The notes beneath the pieces were generated by a model. It was not told the origin of the DNA. It saw only the letters and a program-made list of their open reading frames with translations, and did not search any database. From contig OZ287752.1 of NCBI GenBank assembly GCA_965649765.1, positions 62,682,001-62,746,000 on the forward strand: DNA of 64,000 bases, in the 5' to 3' direction. The stretch is from Bispira polyomma. Its lineage: Eukaryota. Below, in pieces: positions 37,677-48,300 of the stretch (position 1 is the first letter of the stretch; every line of letters begins with the position of its first letter). The position numbers were made by a program, and so were the translations under genes.

Positions 37677-40439
37677 TTAAACATGTAAATTTAAGTTAAA
37701 ATACTGAATAGGAATACTATGCCATTTATATCCTGTTTCTAACCTGTGGAGCTGGTGACCAGTTGGTGGGTGGTCTGAGTATAACCTTGATAAAATGTCT
37801 GCTATAGTATTGTCCCTCCCCCTAACATGCTGAATAATTAAAGTAATGTCATAAGCTGCAGTAAGCAGCCACATATTCCTTAAACATAAAGCTAAAAATT
37901 GGTCCTTAGTCTTATCAGACCTAACTACCAGTACCACAGCCATGTTGTCACAGTTAATAATTATTCTCTTATGTTTCCACTGTATCCCCCACACACGCAA
38001 GGCAATTAATATATTAAGCATTTCAATATGGACTATGGACAGATGCTGGTTATAGATGTTATAAAATGGAGAAGCAAAAACTTGGTCAGTATAAACCCCC
38101 CCTAAACCAGTTAAGCATGCATCAATGAATACTTCATTCTGGTGAGGAGGAATTATTGGATCGATATAAGTTATGCCATTATACAAGGGAAGAAAACGTA
38201 TAAACCAAAGCAAATCTGCTTTTATCTCATTAGTAATATGAAATCGTTTTGCATGAGCATTCTTCCTGAAAGCCATTAATAATCGATTTATAAAAATCCT
38301 AGCCGGTTTAACACACTTATGAACATAGAGAAGCCTGCCTAAGACAGATTGGAAATTTCTTCTAGACATCCACTTCTTATTAAAAGCTTGTTGGCAACAT
38401 TCGTAAGTTTGTTCCAATTTTTCCTTGGAAATACTAATAATTCCCTCCTCTATGTCAATATCTATCCCCAGGCAAGTTATATTTCTACTAGGACCTGAGA
38501 TCTTGTCCGGATTTAGGGGAAGACCCAAGGAAGTTACTAAGTCATAAAGTTCGTTAAAAGCGCCTTCTGCCTCATGAGCAGGTGATATTCCGATGTAGTC
38601 ATCAATGTAGCAAAATATAGTATGTTTACGTTTGCTCATGGTGTAAGCTATGACGTCAGAGCATCTCTGAAAAGATCCGGATCCGTGTATCCATCCGAAG
38701 GCCATAGCCGGATCAATATACTTATATCCATCAAAACAGATACCTAGCTTCATGGCATCGACCGGATCTATTCTTAAATTTCTAAATGCCCTCGAAATAT
38801 CCAACTTGAATATCCTAGGATTATCAGTATCCCTGATTTTTGCTACAATGTCATCTATGGTAGGGAACTTTAAAGCGAATTCGACTCCATCGAAACGTTG
38901 TTTATCTACATTACTGTTAACCGAATTGCCTTCCGGATAAGAGAGGTTAAGGATCACTCTGTGTTTATTTTTGTCTTTAGGACGAGTGAGTAAGGGGGAA
39001 CAGTGAAACAACTCGCTATCTACTTCCTTAACTGGACCTAACATGGCACCATTGACTTGTTCCTTACTGATATATTGACTAACTGCCTCTGCATGTTGCA
39101 GGGCAGAACTATGATTAGAAACTTCCTTAACTGTTAGATTTTCAGAACGCTCGAGAGAAAGTGGAAACCCAAAAGTTAAATATTGGAGTAATAACTTATC
39201 CGGATAATCAAGCAAGACCTTCTCCCAAGCCTGGATTTGTAATCCAGAAGCTATTGGAATCCTGGCGCCCTTATAATTGGCACAACCAGAATCCTTGATT
39301 GTGTGAGCTATGTCCACCATCTGTTGCACTGTAGTAATTTTAATTGGAGCCCTATCTGGGCCACAGAATTCAAATTCTGTATGACTTAAAGCAATAAAAC
39401 CCTTATCCTTATCTGGAAAGTTGAAATCCTTAATTACCTTATTCTGACTACCTATCTCTGAACCATGATCCTTAAGTTCGTACACTGTGATATTTGCTTG
39501 TCCTCCATCCAGTGACTTGTTCTTGCGATGAAGTTTTGTCTTCCCTTCATGCATGTCCAAGTTTGTACAATTATGAAATGGCTGTGTGACTATATCATCA
39601 GCTTCAATCAACTTATCGATTAAGTTAGTTATATATGTAGTATAATTAACATTATGCCGTTGTTGACATTCAATATCTTTCTTATAATGATAGCAGGTAT
39701 TCCTAGCCACCATGTGATCAGTATCCGTAGGAATGTATACATTATGAACATCCATAATGTCCTCACGACTTTCCATGATGGTTACCTGTGTACAGAATTT
39801 TCCTAAAATATGAATAGGACCTATTGGAGTGCCAAGACATTTTACTAATGCACTCCCTTTTGTGTGACCCCCATCCCTCCAGGTATAAAAACCATTAATT
39901 TCTGAGTGAACAGAGTTCAAGAAAACCACGGGGAACAATGGTCCCCCAATATCGGTGCAAAATAGCCAATTTGTTTTCGAAATCTCCACATATGCTTGTG
40001 TGGAATCTAACACATTGTAACCACTGCTTTCCATGCCGTGTGGACATTTAACACTAAAATTAGAAATATTTCTTACAGTATTTGTGGTACCCAAATGGAA
40101 CTTGTCTTCACCTGTTATATTTGCCAATTTTTTATTTTTATTGGTTGTATCCCCAGAATCATTATAAGGACTGTCTACATGTGTACGATTTTCATATATA
40201 ATCTTTTTTTCCTCATGATGTTCCATTTGGTTGCCCTCAAACTGTGTAGTAATGCCAGTATCATTGATATCAATTATATTATGCATGCATTGTTTATCCT
40301 TATGACTAATTTCCAAGTAGTTGGGCAAAATGCCCTGATCAGTATAGTTTACAATGTCATTATCTTTGAAATTTATTGACTTAGATACATTAGTTTCTAC
40401 AGTTCTGTCCCTACAACTCACTACTAATGTTTCTTTCAC
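37677..40439 (-). CDS. pol: reverse transcriptase + RNase H (DIRS-type) with a long N-terminal extension
   Basis: SPLLTRPK, RVILNLS, LDISRAF, FGWIHGS, YIDD, CLGI; RNase H FIDAC / HIEM / NCDN / NTIADILSR. Confidence 0.95.
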   Translation of the reverse strand: MKETLVVSCRDRTVETNVSKSINFKDNDIVNYTDQGILPNYLEISHKDKQCMHNIIDINDTGITTQFEGNQMEHHEEKKIIYENRTHVDSPYNDSGDTTNKNKKLANITGEDKFHLGTTNTVRNISNFSVKCPHGMESSGYNVLDSTQAYVEISKTNWLFCTDIGGPLFPVVFLNSVHSEINGFYTWRDGGHTKGSALVKCLGTPIGPIHILGKFCTQVTIMESREDIMDVHNVYIPTDTDHMVARNTCYHYKKDIECQQRHNVNYTTYITNLIDKLIEADDIVTQPFHNCTNLDMHEGKTKLHRKNKSLDGGQANITVYELKDHGSEIGSQNKVIKDFNFPDKDKGFIALSHTEFEFCGPDRAPIKITTVQQMVDIAHTIKDSGCANYKGARIPIASGLQIQAWEKVLLDYPDKLLLQYLTFGFPLSLERSENLTVKEVSNHSSALQHAEAVSQYISKEQVNGAMLGPVKEVDSELFHCSPLLTRPKDKNKHRVILNLSYPEGNSVNSNVDKQRFDGVEFALKFPTIDDIVAKIRDTDNPRIFKLDISRAFRNLRIDPVDAMKLGICFDGYKYIDPAMAFGWIHGSGSFQRCSDVIAYTMSKRKHTIFCYIDDYIGISPAHEAEGAFNELYDLVTSLGLPLNPDKISGPSRNITCLGIDIDIEEGIISISKEKLEQTYECCQQAFNKKWMSRRNFQSVLGRLLYVHKCVKPARIFINRLLMAFRKNAHAKRFHITNEIKADLLWFIRFLPLYNGITYIDPIIPPHQNEVFIDACLTGLGGVYTDQVFASPFYNIYNQHLSIVHIEMLNILIALRVWGIQWKHKRIIINCDNMAVVLVVRSDKTKDQFLALCLRNMWLLTAAYDITLIIQHVRGRDNTIADILSRLYSDHPPTGHQLHRLETGYKWHSIPIQYFNLNLHV

Positions 40440-40457
40440 TGGTAGTCGGTCAAGGTC

Positions 40458-41771
40458 CTAACTATGCTTATTTTCCAACTGTTTTGTGGAATTAGCCTTG
40501 TAGCACTTAAACTCAGGATGAGGCAAATCTTTATTCAAAACGGTAGCACAATGCCAGCAGGCATGCTTGTAATTTCCATGATCATTCTTCTGGGAACATT
40601 TCCCTGAATTAAACAACTTGCAAATCGTGGATCTCCCCGTATACGCTCCAGCCGAACCTGTGCTGTGAGATGAATTAGCCATCACTGTCTGGGACGCGCT
40701 AATTCGGTTGAGCGACCACTGAGTAGTGTTATTCCAGGTCAGCCGACCTTCCTCGACCTCCTGCATGCTTGTCGCCCAAGCCGTGCGAACGACCTCCCAG
40801 GGGAGCGACGAAGCATCCTTCAGCGAGAGTACTACTTGCTGGATCATATCACGTAACAGCTGGTTGTCACTTATCTGTAGAGCATTACACAACTGCCCTG
40901 CAGCCCAATGTGGAAGGGAAAGCTCGTCAAACGTTGGACGCTTACGTGAAGACCCCCCACTCCAACCTTCATTAGCCCATTTCATGCGCGGATCTGTGGC
41001 CGCTATGTCAGTATTATTATAACGTCCCGACTTCTGTCGCGAATGAACCTTACCTTGGTTAAAGATAGCTTGTGCCCTGACTTCATACTCAGCCAGCCGC
41101 TGATTCACTAAGGCTTGCACCTCGGGCATCGACCTCAAAACGTCCGTCCTAGGAACAATTCCATCACGTGTGTATTCAGCTGAGGTTGAAGCTGTAGTAG
41201 TGGGCCCGACCAAACGTCCATAACTGCTGGTGGGCTGAACATAAGCTCGTGGAAGCGCTGTGCTGGATACGGACGCTGGCTGCACGACTGAAGCAGGCGA
41301 ACCGGTTATATTTCCATAACCACTGGTAGGATGTATCACTGGTGAGGGTACGTAAGCCGGTTGAAGCGCTGTAGTGGACACGGCAGTTGTCTGTACAGGT
41401 GTAACCCCCCTAGCTTCTATCTGGTCCAACCGACGGGCTATGGCAGCGTTAGATTGCTCCATTCGATTCAACATTGTCAATATTGCTACGTTCTCACTGG
41501 TAGGATTAACCGAAGTAACGGATTGCATCGCTTGTGGCATTGGATTTTGTAAATCTACCGAGCCCGCCATCGGGAAGGTGGAACCTCCCGCTTGAGGCGA
41601 ATTTTGATGAGAGCAGAGAGCTTGCTCGGACGGTACCCGTAGGTCTTCTATAATACTTTCATTCATGTCAGTGATATGAGCTACATTACCCTTTGTACCC
41701 TTCACAGTAGACTTCTTCTGTTGTTTCGACTTGGGTGCTGCCTTCATCGGTGTTTTCTTAGCTCGTCCCAT
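40458..41771 (-). CDS. gag-like ORF1 with C-terminal zinc fingers
   Basis: Basic N-terminus, coiled coil, KSGRY, W-rich core, CKLFNSGKCSQKNDH (CCCH) and CWHC...H...C. Confidence 0.85.
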   Translation of the reverse strand: MGRAKKTPMKAAPKSKQQKKSTVKGTKGNVAHITDMNESIIEDLRVPSEQALCSHQNSPQAGGSTFPMAGSVDLQNPMPQAMQSVTSVNPTSENVAILTMLNRMEQSNAAIARRLDQIEARGVTPVQTTAVSTTALQPAYVPSPVIHPTSGYGNITGSPASVVQPASVSSTALPRAYVQPTSSYGRLVGPTTTASTSAEYTRDGIVPRTDVLRSMPEVQALVNQRLAEYEVRAQAIFNQGKVHSRQKSGRYNNTDIAATDPRMKWANEGWSGGSSRKRPTFDELSLPHWAAGQLCNALQISDNQLLRDMIQQVVLSLKDASSLPWEVVRTAWATSMQEVEEGRLTWNNTTQWSLNRISASQTVMANSSHSTGSAGAYTGRSTICKLFNSGKCSQKNDHGNYKHACWHCATVLNKDLPHPEFKCYKANSTKQLENKHS

Positions 41772-44288
41772 GTGTGCACGGTATATAATTCACAGTTAAA
41801 ACAATATGTATATAATAAAACCCACTCCAATGTAAAAAACTAAAATACTAAAAGGCTATAAAGTTCAGACACTTTGGCATTAAGTGTCGCCAAAAATATT
41901 TCTAATGTTGTCTCTTGTAAAACGAAATTCAATATGGTAGGATGACCATGTGAGAGGTAAAATTTGGGGTTCAAATGTCTCCCATTGGTTAATCGAAAGA
42001 GAGGCCATTGAACCGTACTCGAATGGACCCCTAGGGGTTAAGGTAAAGGTATATATTTGCTAAGGGAACTGAATAAGCATACCCCTTTAGGGTCGTGCTG
42101 TGTAGAATCTCCATCCCCTTCAGATCCATCTTGTTACCTTATTTATAAAATGCATGAATACCTCTCTCCTCGTTTATTTTGTAATCTTCTTGCTGTTTAA
42201 TTTTAACAACTTTGACCATATCTGGGAGAAAAAGTTGCTTGTGTAATTAGATTATTTGCATTAAGTATCTACATGTACATCTTTTTAAAGCTAAACAAGT
42301 CTAAAACAAATTGAAATGGATGTTTATAAACAAATACATCATTTTTCGTGTACTTTTATCCTAAGACAGGACAGATGTAATCATTACATGTGGGTTGTGT
42401 GATGTGCAAACTGAGTGGCCCAATCCTCCGTCATAAGTTTTCTTTTAATTACAAGGTAAATGACTTTCATCAGGGTTCACAGCTTGTAAACGAGTTACAA
42501 ATCAAACAAAGGATGGGGTAGCACTCACATCCACTATTTAAATGTTATTATTAAGCATACTTATTACTCTATTTATTGTATTCAAAGTTACTAGGCCTTA
42601 AATTTCAGCATTGAATGCTGTGCTTTTTCTTCTGCCCCTTCAGGGTGATTGCTAAATATTTGAAAATAAGTATATATAAAATCGACTCAAATATTAAACT
42701 CGAAGATACTGCATTGAAACTTTCTACCTAAATTGTCAACTTGCTAATGTAAAGTATTCAATCTGATCAAACCATTTGGCTACATTTTGACTACGCTGAG
42801 TGAAGAGACTATACATTTTTTGTCTAACTATAATAATAACAATTGAAGTATATATATAGAGCCAAATTAATGAGAACATTCTCTAAAGTGCTGATATCCA
42901 TTGAGGGAAGGTTGTTACAAAAAACCATCCACCAGGAAAGGGTGACTATGGAGGGGGTAGGACAGTCTGAAATAGTAATCTCAAGCATCAGACTGGATTG
43001 TACTTTGAAATGAATCTCAAGCACCACACTGGATTGCAGTTTAACATGTATCTCAAGCACCACACTGGACTTTCTTGTAAGATCATTTTTCAGAGACAAA
43101 GCAACAAAAAAGCTGATGATAGATGACTGGTGTAAAAATATGTCTAAACTTTTCTAACAGTAAATGTTTCCCATGCGTTTAACAGAACATATTTTTATGG
43201 AGATTCTTCAATGGGTATAACCACATGTTGTTCAGAAACAATTTACGAGAAATCTTGTTGTACAGTTTCTTACATAATCAGGCCTGAACTGAAAGGTAAA
43301 TACGCCTCTATTAAGAAGGTAATTATCAGCCCAATACATTTATCGTCTAGCGCTTATGTAGTTAATATTGTCAATGAACTTCTTATCAGTAAAGTGTGAG
43401 CGTGGGTGTATATTAGTTAAATGTTGTTCAATACAATAAAAATGTTGGTAATGAAGGAATCATGCTTTGAAATCATTTACACACTAAGACCTGCAACTTA
43501 ACAATAAAAATGATAAACATCTAAAAGTATCTCTCTAAAAGTACCCAAGCTATTGTCACCCTTAAATTATGTATTTACTTTTAATTGTATGAAATATATC
43601 CCGCCAACTGTGATATGTTAGACTTTGTTATATATATTGTGATCAAATAACTTGTGTTAATACATCACTATATCATGGGGTGCACATATTATGTATAATA
43701 GTAAAAATGTTTTATTTTATGATCTAACTAAATCATAATACAAGGCTAGTAAATCAAGCACCCCAAATTCCTAGTCATCGTCCAAGTCAAAAGGTTGGTT
43801 GTAAAAGCTATTTATCTGCTTGAGTGGTCTGTGTAAAGATCATTATTATACAATATCTGCTGGAGTGCATACCATAAAGAAATTAAAACTTGCCAATCTT
43901 TAAAAATTGTCAAACTCTATTTGTTTTATAAAACAGTTAAGGTAAACAATTGTGTATAAATGGTGGAAATACGACTACTGATTTGAGGTACATTTCAAAT
44001 GAAATCATATTTAGTGAGGACAAAATAAAGGGTGTAAGGTGTAGAATTTGTTTGCTGAATATTACATTCTTTACTGTAGCATACATATTTTCTAAACAGT
44101 ACACATAGATTAACATTTCTACTTCTAAAGTAGTGACACACCTAAGTGTACCTGTATATTCTGCACCTTCTGGCACATGCAACGTTATATTGGCATGTGG
44201 ATACAGATAAGCCTTACCAACTTTGTAATTTGAATTAGTGACATAAAAAAAATCAGCTGTTATTCATTCACTTTGTATGTAAATAAAT

Positions 44289-45368
44289 ATGGAGGATATC
44301 ATTTTGGTAACCGGTGCTTCTGGATATATAGCAAGTCATATTGTGAACCAGCTGCTTCAACAAAATGCAAAAGTTAGAGGCACAGTGCGTAGCTTGTCTA
44401 ACGAACAGAAAGTGCTGCCAATTCGGCAACTAACTGGTGGCAGAGATGATATGTTGGAATTAGTTGAGGCTGATCTGATGAACCAAAGTTCCTGGGTCAA
44501 GGCGGTGGAAGGTTGCAACTATGTGATACATGTGGCCAGTCCCTTTCCAGCAAGTAATCCTAAGAATGCAGAAGAGGTCATCACACCAGCTGTTGAGGGA
44601 ACATTAAATGTTTTGCGAGCATGTGTGGAGGCTGGGTGTGTTGAACGAGTAATTCTTACCAGTTCGCAAATAGCGGTGTCAGCGACTCAGAAAATTTCTC
44701 CCCATAGGATTTTTTCAGAAAAGGATTGGACAGATATAGCAGAAACTAGTAATGTATACGTGAAGAGTAAGACCATGGCTGAAAAAGCTGCTTGGGACTT
44801 TATGAAGAAGGCTGATGGCAAGGGAAACCTTCCAAAGTTTGAACTGGCAGTAACAAACCCTGGTTTAGTTATGGGCCCTGTCCTTTGTGGAGCAGTTACC
44901 ACGAGTATGGAGATTGCTAAGCAAATAATGCAACGGGAAATGCCAATGGTTCCAAAGATCAACTTTCCAGTCATTGATGTGAGAGATGTTGCTGCTGCCC
45001 ATATTGCTGCTATGAGGATACCCAAGGCCGCTGGTCATAGACATTTACTAACCCATGAGAATATGTGGCTACAAGACATGGCCAAGGTGATTGATGGAGA
45101 ATTCGGAAAACAGGGATACAATGTTCCTACCACAGGGGCACCGTATCCACTTTTGTGGATTTTTGGAAGGTTTGACCCAACAGTGAAGATGTTACTTCCG
45201 GATGTGGGAAAGGTGGTGATGCACGACAACACACGCATGACTAATGTCTTGGGTATCAAACCTAAAGACGCAAAGGAGACATTAATTGATATGTGCTATT
45301 CTATGGTGGAAAATGGTCAAATAAAGAAGACATCTAAATACCAGCCACCAAGCAGTATTAATTTATAA
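44289..45368 (+). CDS. Extended SDR oxidoreductase, copy 2
   Basis: Same motifs as copy 1; about 48 differences in 359 aa (manual count). Confidence 0.95.
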   Translation: MEDIILVTGASGYIASHIVNQLLQQNAKVRGTVRSLSNEQKVLPIRQLTGGRDDMLELVEADLMNQSSWVKAVEGCNYVIHVASPFPASNPKNAEEVITPAVEGTLNVLRACVEAGCVERVILTSSQIAVSATQKISPHRIFSEKDWTDIAETSNVYVKSKTMAEKAAWDFMKKADGKGNLPKFELAVTNPGLVMGPVLCGAVTTSMEIAKQIMQREMPMVPKINFPVIDVRDVAAAHIAAMRIPKAAGHRHLLTHENMWLQDMAKVIDGEFGKQGYNVPTTGAPYPLLWIFGRFDPTVKMLLPDVGKVVMHDNTRMTNVLGIKPKDAKETLIDMCYSMVENGQIKKTSKYQPPSSINL

Positions 45369-48300
45369 GATGGTTTCAACATTGGCTACTTCAGACTGAG
45401 TTTAATGGACCACATCCCAATGTATATGTATTGTAATATATTAAAGGGGAAAAAGGTGCTGTCCCACTTGTCAAGATGGTTTATAATGTATGTTGATTGC
45501 TGTATATTATCCCCTCATATTGAATAAAACTTTTAGGTCTGTACTCATTTCAATCAATACACATTTCGGTGATTGAGTGGCTTATTTATAAGACGTTCAT
45601 TCAGACTTAAGTGTTGCATATGTAGAAAACATGCATAAGATATGTGTGTATATATGCTACACAGTAAGTGCAAAAGTAATGTTTCAATAGTGTGTATTAG
45701 TTTACTTGGCTAAGATTTGTCAGGCATTGTGTAATATCATTCCTGATAAACACTAGTTTATGAGACAATGTTTAAAAAATTATAATTGGTTACAAAATGT
45801 AAGTTTAATATTGTCTTAAAAATTGATGTAAGAGAAGTAAAATACCAGCCTTCTGTCACTTCTGAGAGCATTGTAAAGAAAAACAATTAATAAAGGCCTG
45901 CACAAAGAATGTAACAAATACTGGAGCTGCAAAGAATATGAGTCTAACCATCACCGTCACTTCCACCACACTATCATTTTAGCTAAATACCTTGAGATAT
46001 ATTATCAAACCATAACACAGTGGACTGACAATTGTATCTTTTGTTCTTATGTTAAACCTTTTTCAAACAAATCTCATGATAGGCGATCATTCCAACTAGT
46101 GTTTATTTTATTTTATTACTCATGTATTTTACAATTTAAGGCAACAGTAAATGCAATTAATTTTATGACACCAAATCAATACTAGTAGACTGGTTGTTGT
46201 TTTTCTTTATCTGGTGCAGCCTGATATTGTTTTCATTCTAAAAAGGGCGCCACCATTTTAGAAAAAATATGTAAGGCCTGCATGAATTGGTTGTAAGCAA
46301 TTGACCGGGCCAAACTGATGGGTGCCAGATTTATTAGAGTATATAGTTACTATATCAACGTTACTGTGTTTCACATTTTACGTCTATGTCTGTTTTAAAA
46401 GACATCTCTTGTTTATTCTATAAAAACACTGGGCACGCCAGAAGGGAGAGTGCTAACTTGGGTTTGTTTCATCAACACATACCCCATCATTTCCGTCCTT
46501 GTCCAATCTTTTCACCCAATTAAACCCAGTGTCACATTAGTGACTTCCTTGCTGCTGTCACAGGTGCTAAAGGAATGTTGAGAATACACATATACAGCTT
46601 CTAAGCGCATGCAGCTTGTACTTAATTATTAGCTCTATAAAAACCATAACACCTGTCATGAACATTTCAGGTATATGCTAAGGTTTGGTTACTAAGAATT
46701 TTGTGTACAAAATGATTTATGTTTACAATACTAGCGTTTTCAATTAGGACCAAGTATATTTTTTATTATAATTATTGAGATGATGTCTCCATATATTGAC
46801 TTATTACCTCAATATTTATCGAGATATAATATTGATCAGATAATGTCTTAAGATGTGGACTAAGTGTCTTAATATATGGAAACACATATCTCAATATATT
46901 AAATTACTATATCTCCACATATCGCAATAATATGCAACTATATTGATTTAGTATATCAACAGATTCTGACCAATCTTTGTGTCTAGGACATGGGCCAAGG
47001 AAGAAACTATTATATTAGGTGGAAAGCCTACCTTCACCGAGGCTCACCACAGGGTCCCCAAAAAACATCCCTCCAACATTTGCACGAAACTACTGCACCG
47101 ATTTTGATCTAACTTTTGTTGAAGGCTGTAGCATGGGCCAATTTAAAAATCATTTTGAAGACATTAGAAAATCATTTACCTATTAACATTGAAATCCTCA
47201 TCTCATTCAGATACATGTATTTTTCTTATTTATATGAATTTCACTTTCTTAATTAAGAGAGTAAACTTATGAAAATTTAGCTGCAGCAGATACCTCCAAT
47301 GACATTAAGGTAAGGTCAAAGTAGGAGCTTCAAGGTCAAATTTTAGACCAAACAAGAACACTCAGTATACTTCCTGTAACAAACACTTGATGTACAGCCA
47401 AAGATGAATCCATCAAATTTTGGAATAAATCCTAAAAGTGATGAGCCAATAATATTTCAATCTTTGGTCCAATGGGGCATTGGGAGAGGTATGTACACCA
47501 TTAAAATGTAATTCACAACATTTAAGAGTCAATATTTTGAAATTTTTTCTTGCTATGCTGGAATAAAAAATTAATCTATTGAGACACTACATGTTCAGGA
47601 AAGAGGCCAACGTCATAAACACACAAGTTATTTAATGTTATAGTCTTTCCTGAGTGGTTTGTATGTTTACTTTAAGATATATCTAAAATCATGTCATCTA
47701 TTCTATTTGATAACATTGCTGTTGTCAAACATACACAGTCACAAAAACAAGCATGGTCTTTTAAAAAAAAGACACGTGCACAGTTGTGAAATACACAAAC
47801 ATTGTTATGGCCACATTATATTCAGACACTAGGCTTCGCCTGATACCAATAAATCAGACCCCTCTCATTTTGGCCAGGTTGATTGCCTTCAAATCAGTCC
47901 ATGAAGGCATTACCAATTTTTTGAGGTGGCAGCATCCTTTTTTAGAATGAAAACAATATCAGACTGTCTACAATGCATGAATAGTTCTTACTTAGAGCTA
48001 AACAAGTCCAATACAACAATAAAGGGATGGTTCTAAACAAATACATCATGATTCTTGTACTATTATCCTAAGACAGGACAGAAGTAATCATTACCAGCGG
48101 GTTGTGTGATGTGGAAACTAAGTGGCCCAATCCTCAGTCGTATGTTTTCTTTTAATTGTAAATATCTGTTTAAATGTGTAGGTTTATAGTCTGATATCAC
48201 CCCTAGTGAGGTATCATCCTACTTTACAGTTTACACTCCTAAGTCTGGATCTTCCACTTGTCAACCAATTGTTCAGTCTCAATCAACTCAAATATGACAC

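Larger units (their letters stand above)
36455..42148 (-). mobile_element. Tyrosine-recombinase retrotransposon (DIRS/Ngaro-like) with three intact ORFs
   Basis: gag - RT/RNaseH - YR order; absent from the paralogous unit; TTTATAA at both inferred boundaries (36455-36461, 42142-42148); no methyltransferase domain seen. Confidence 0.93.
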
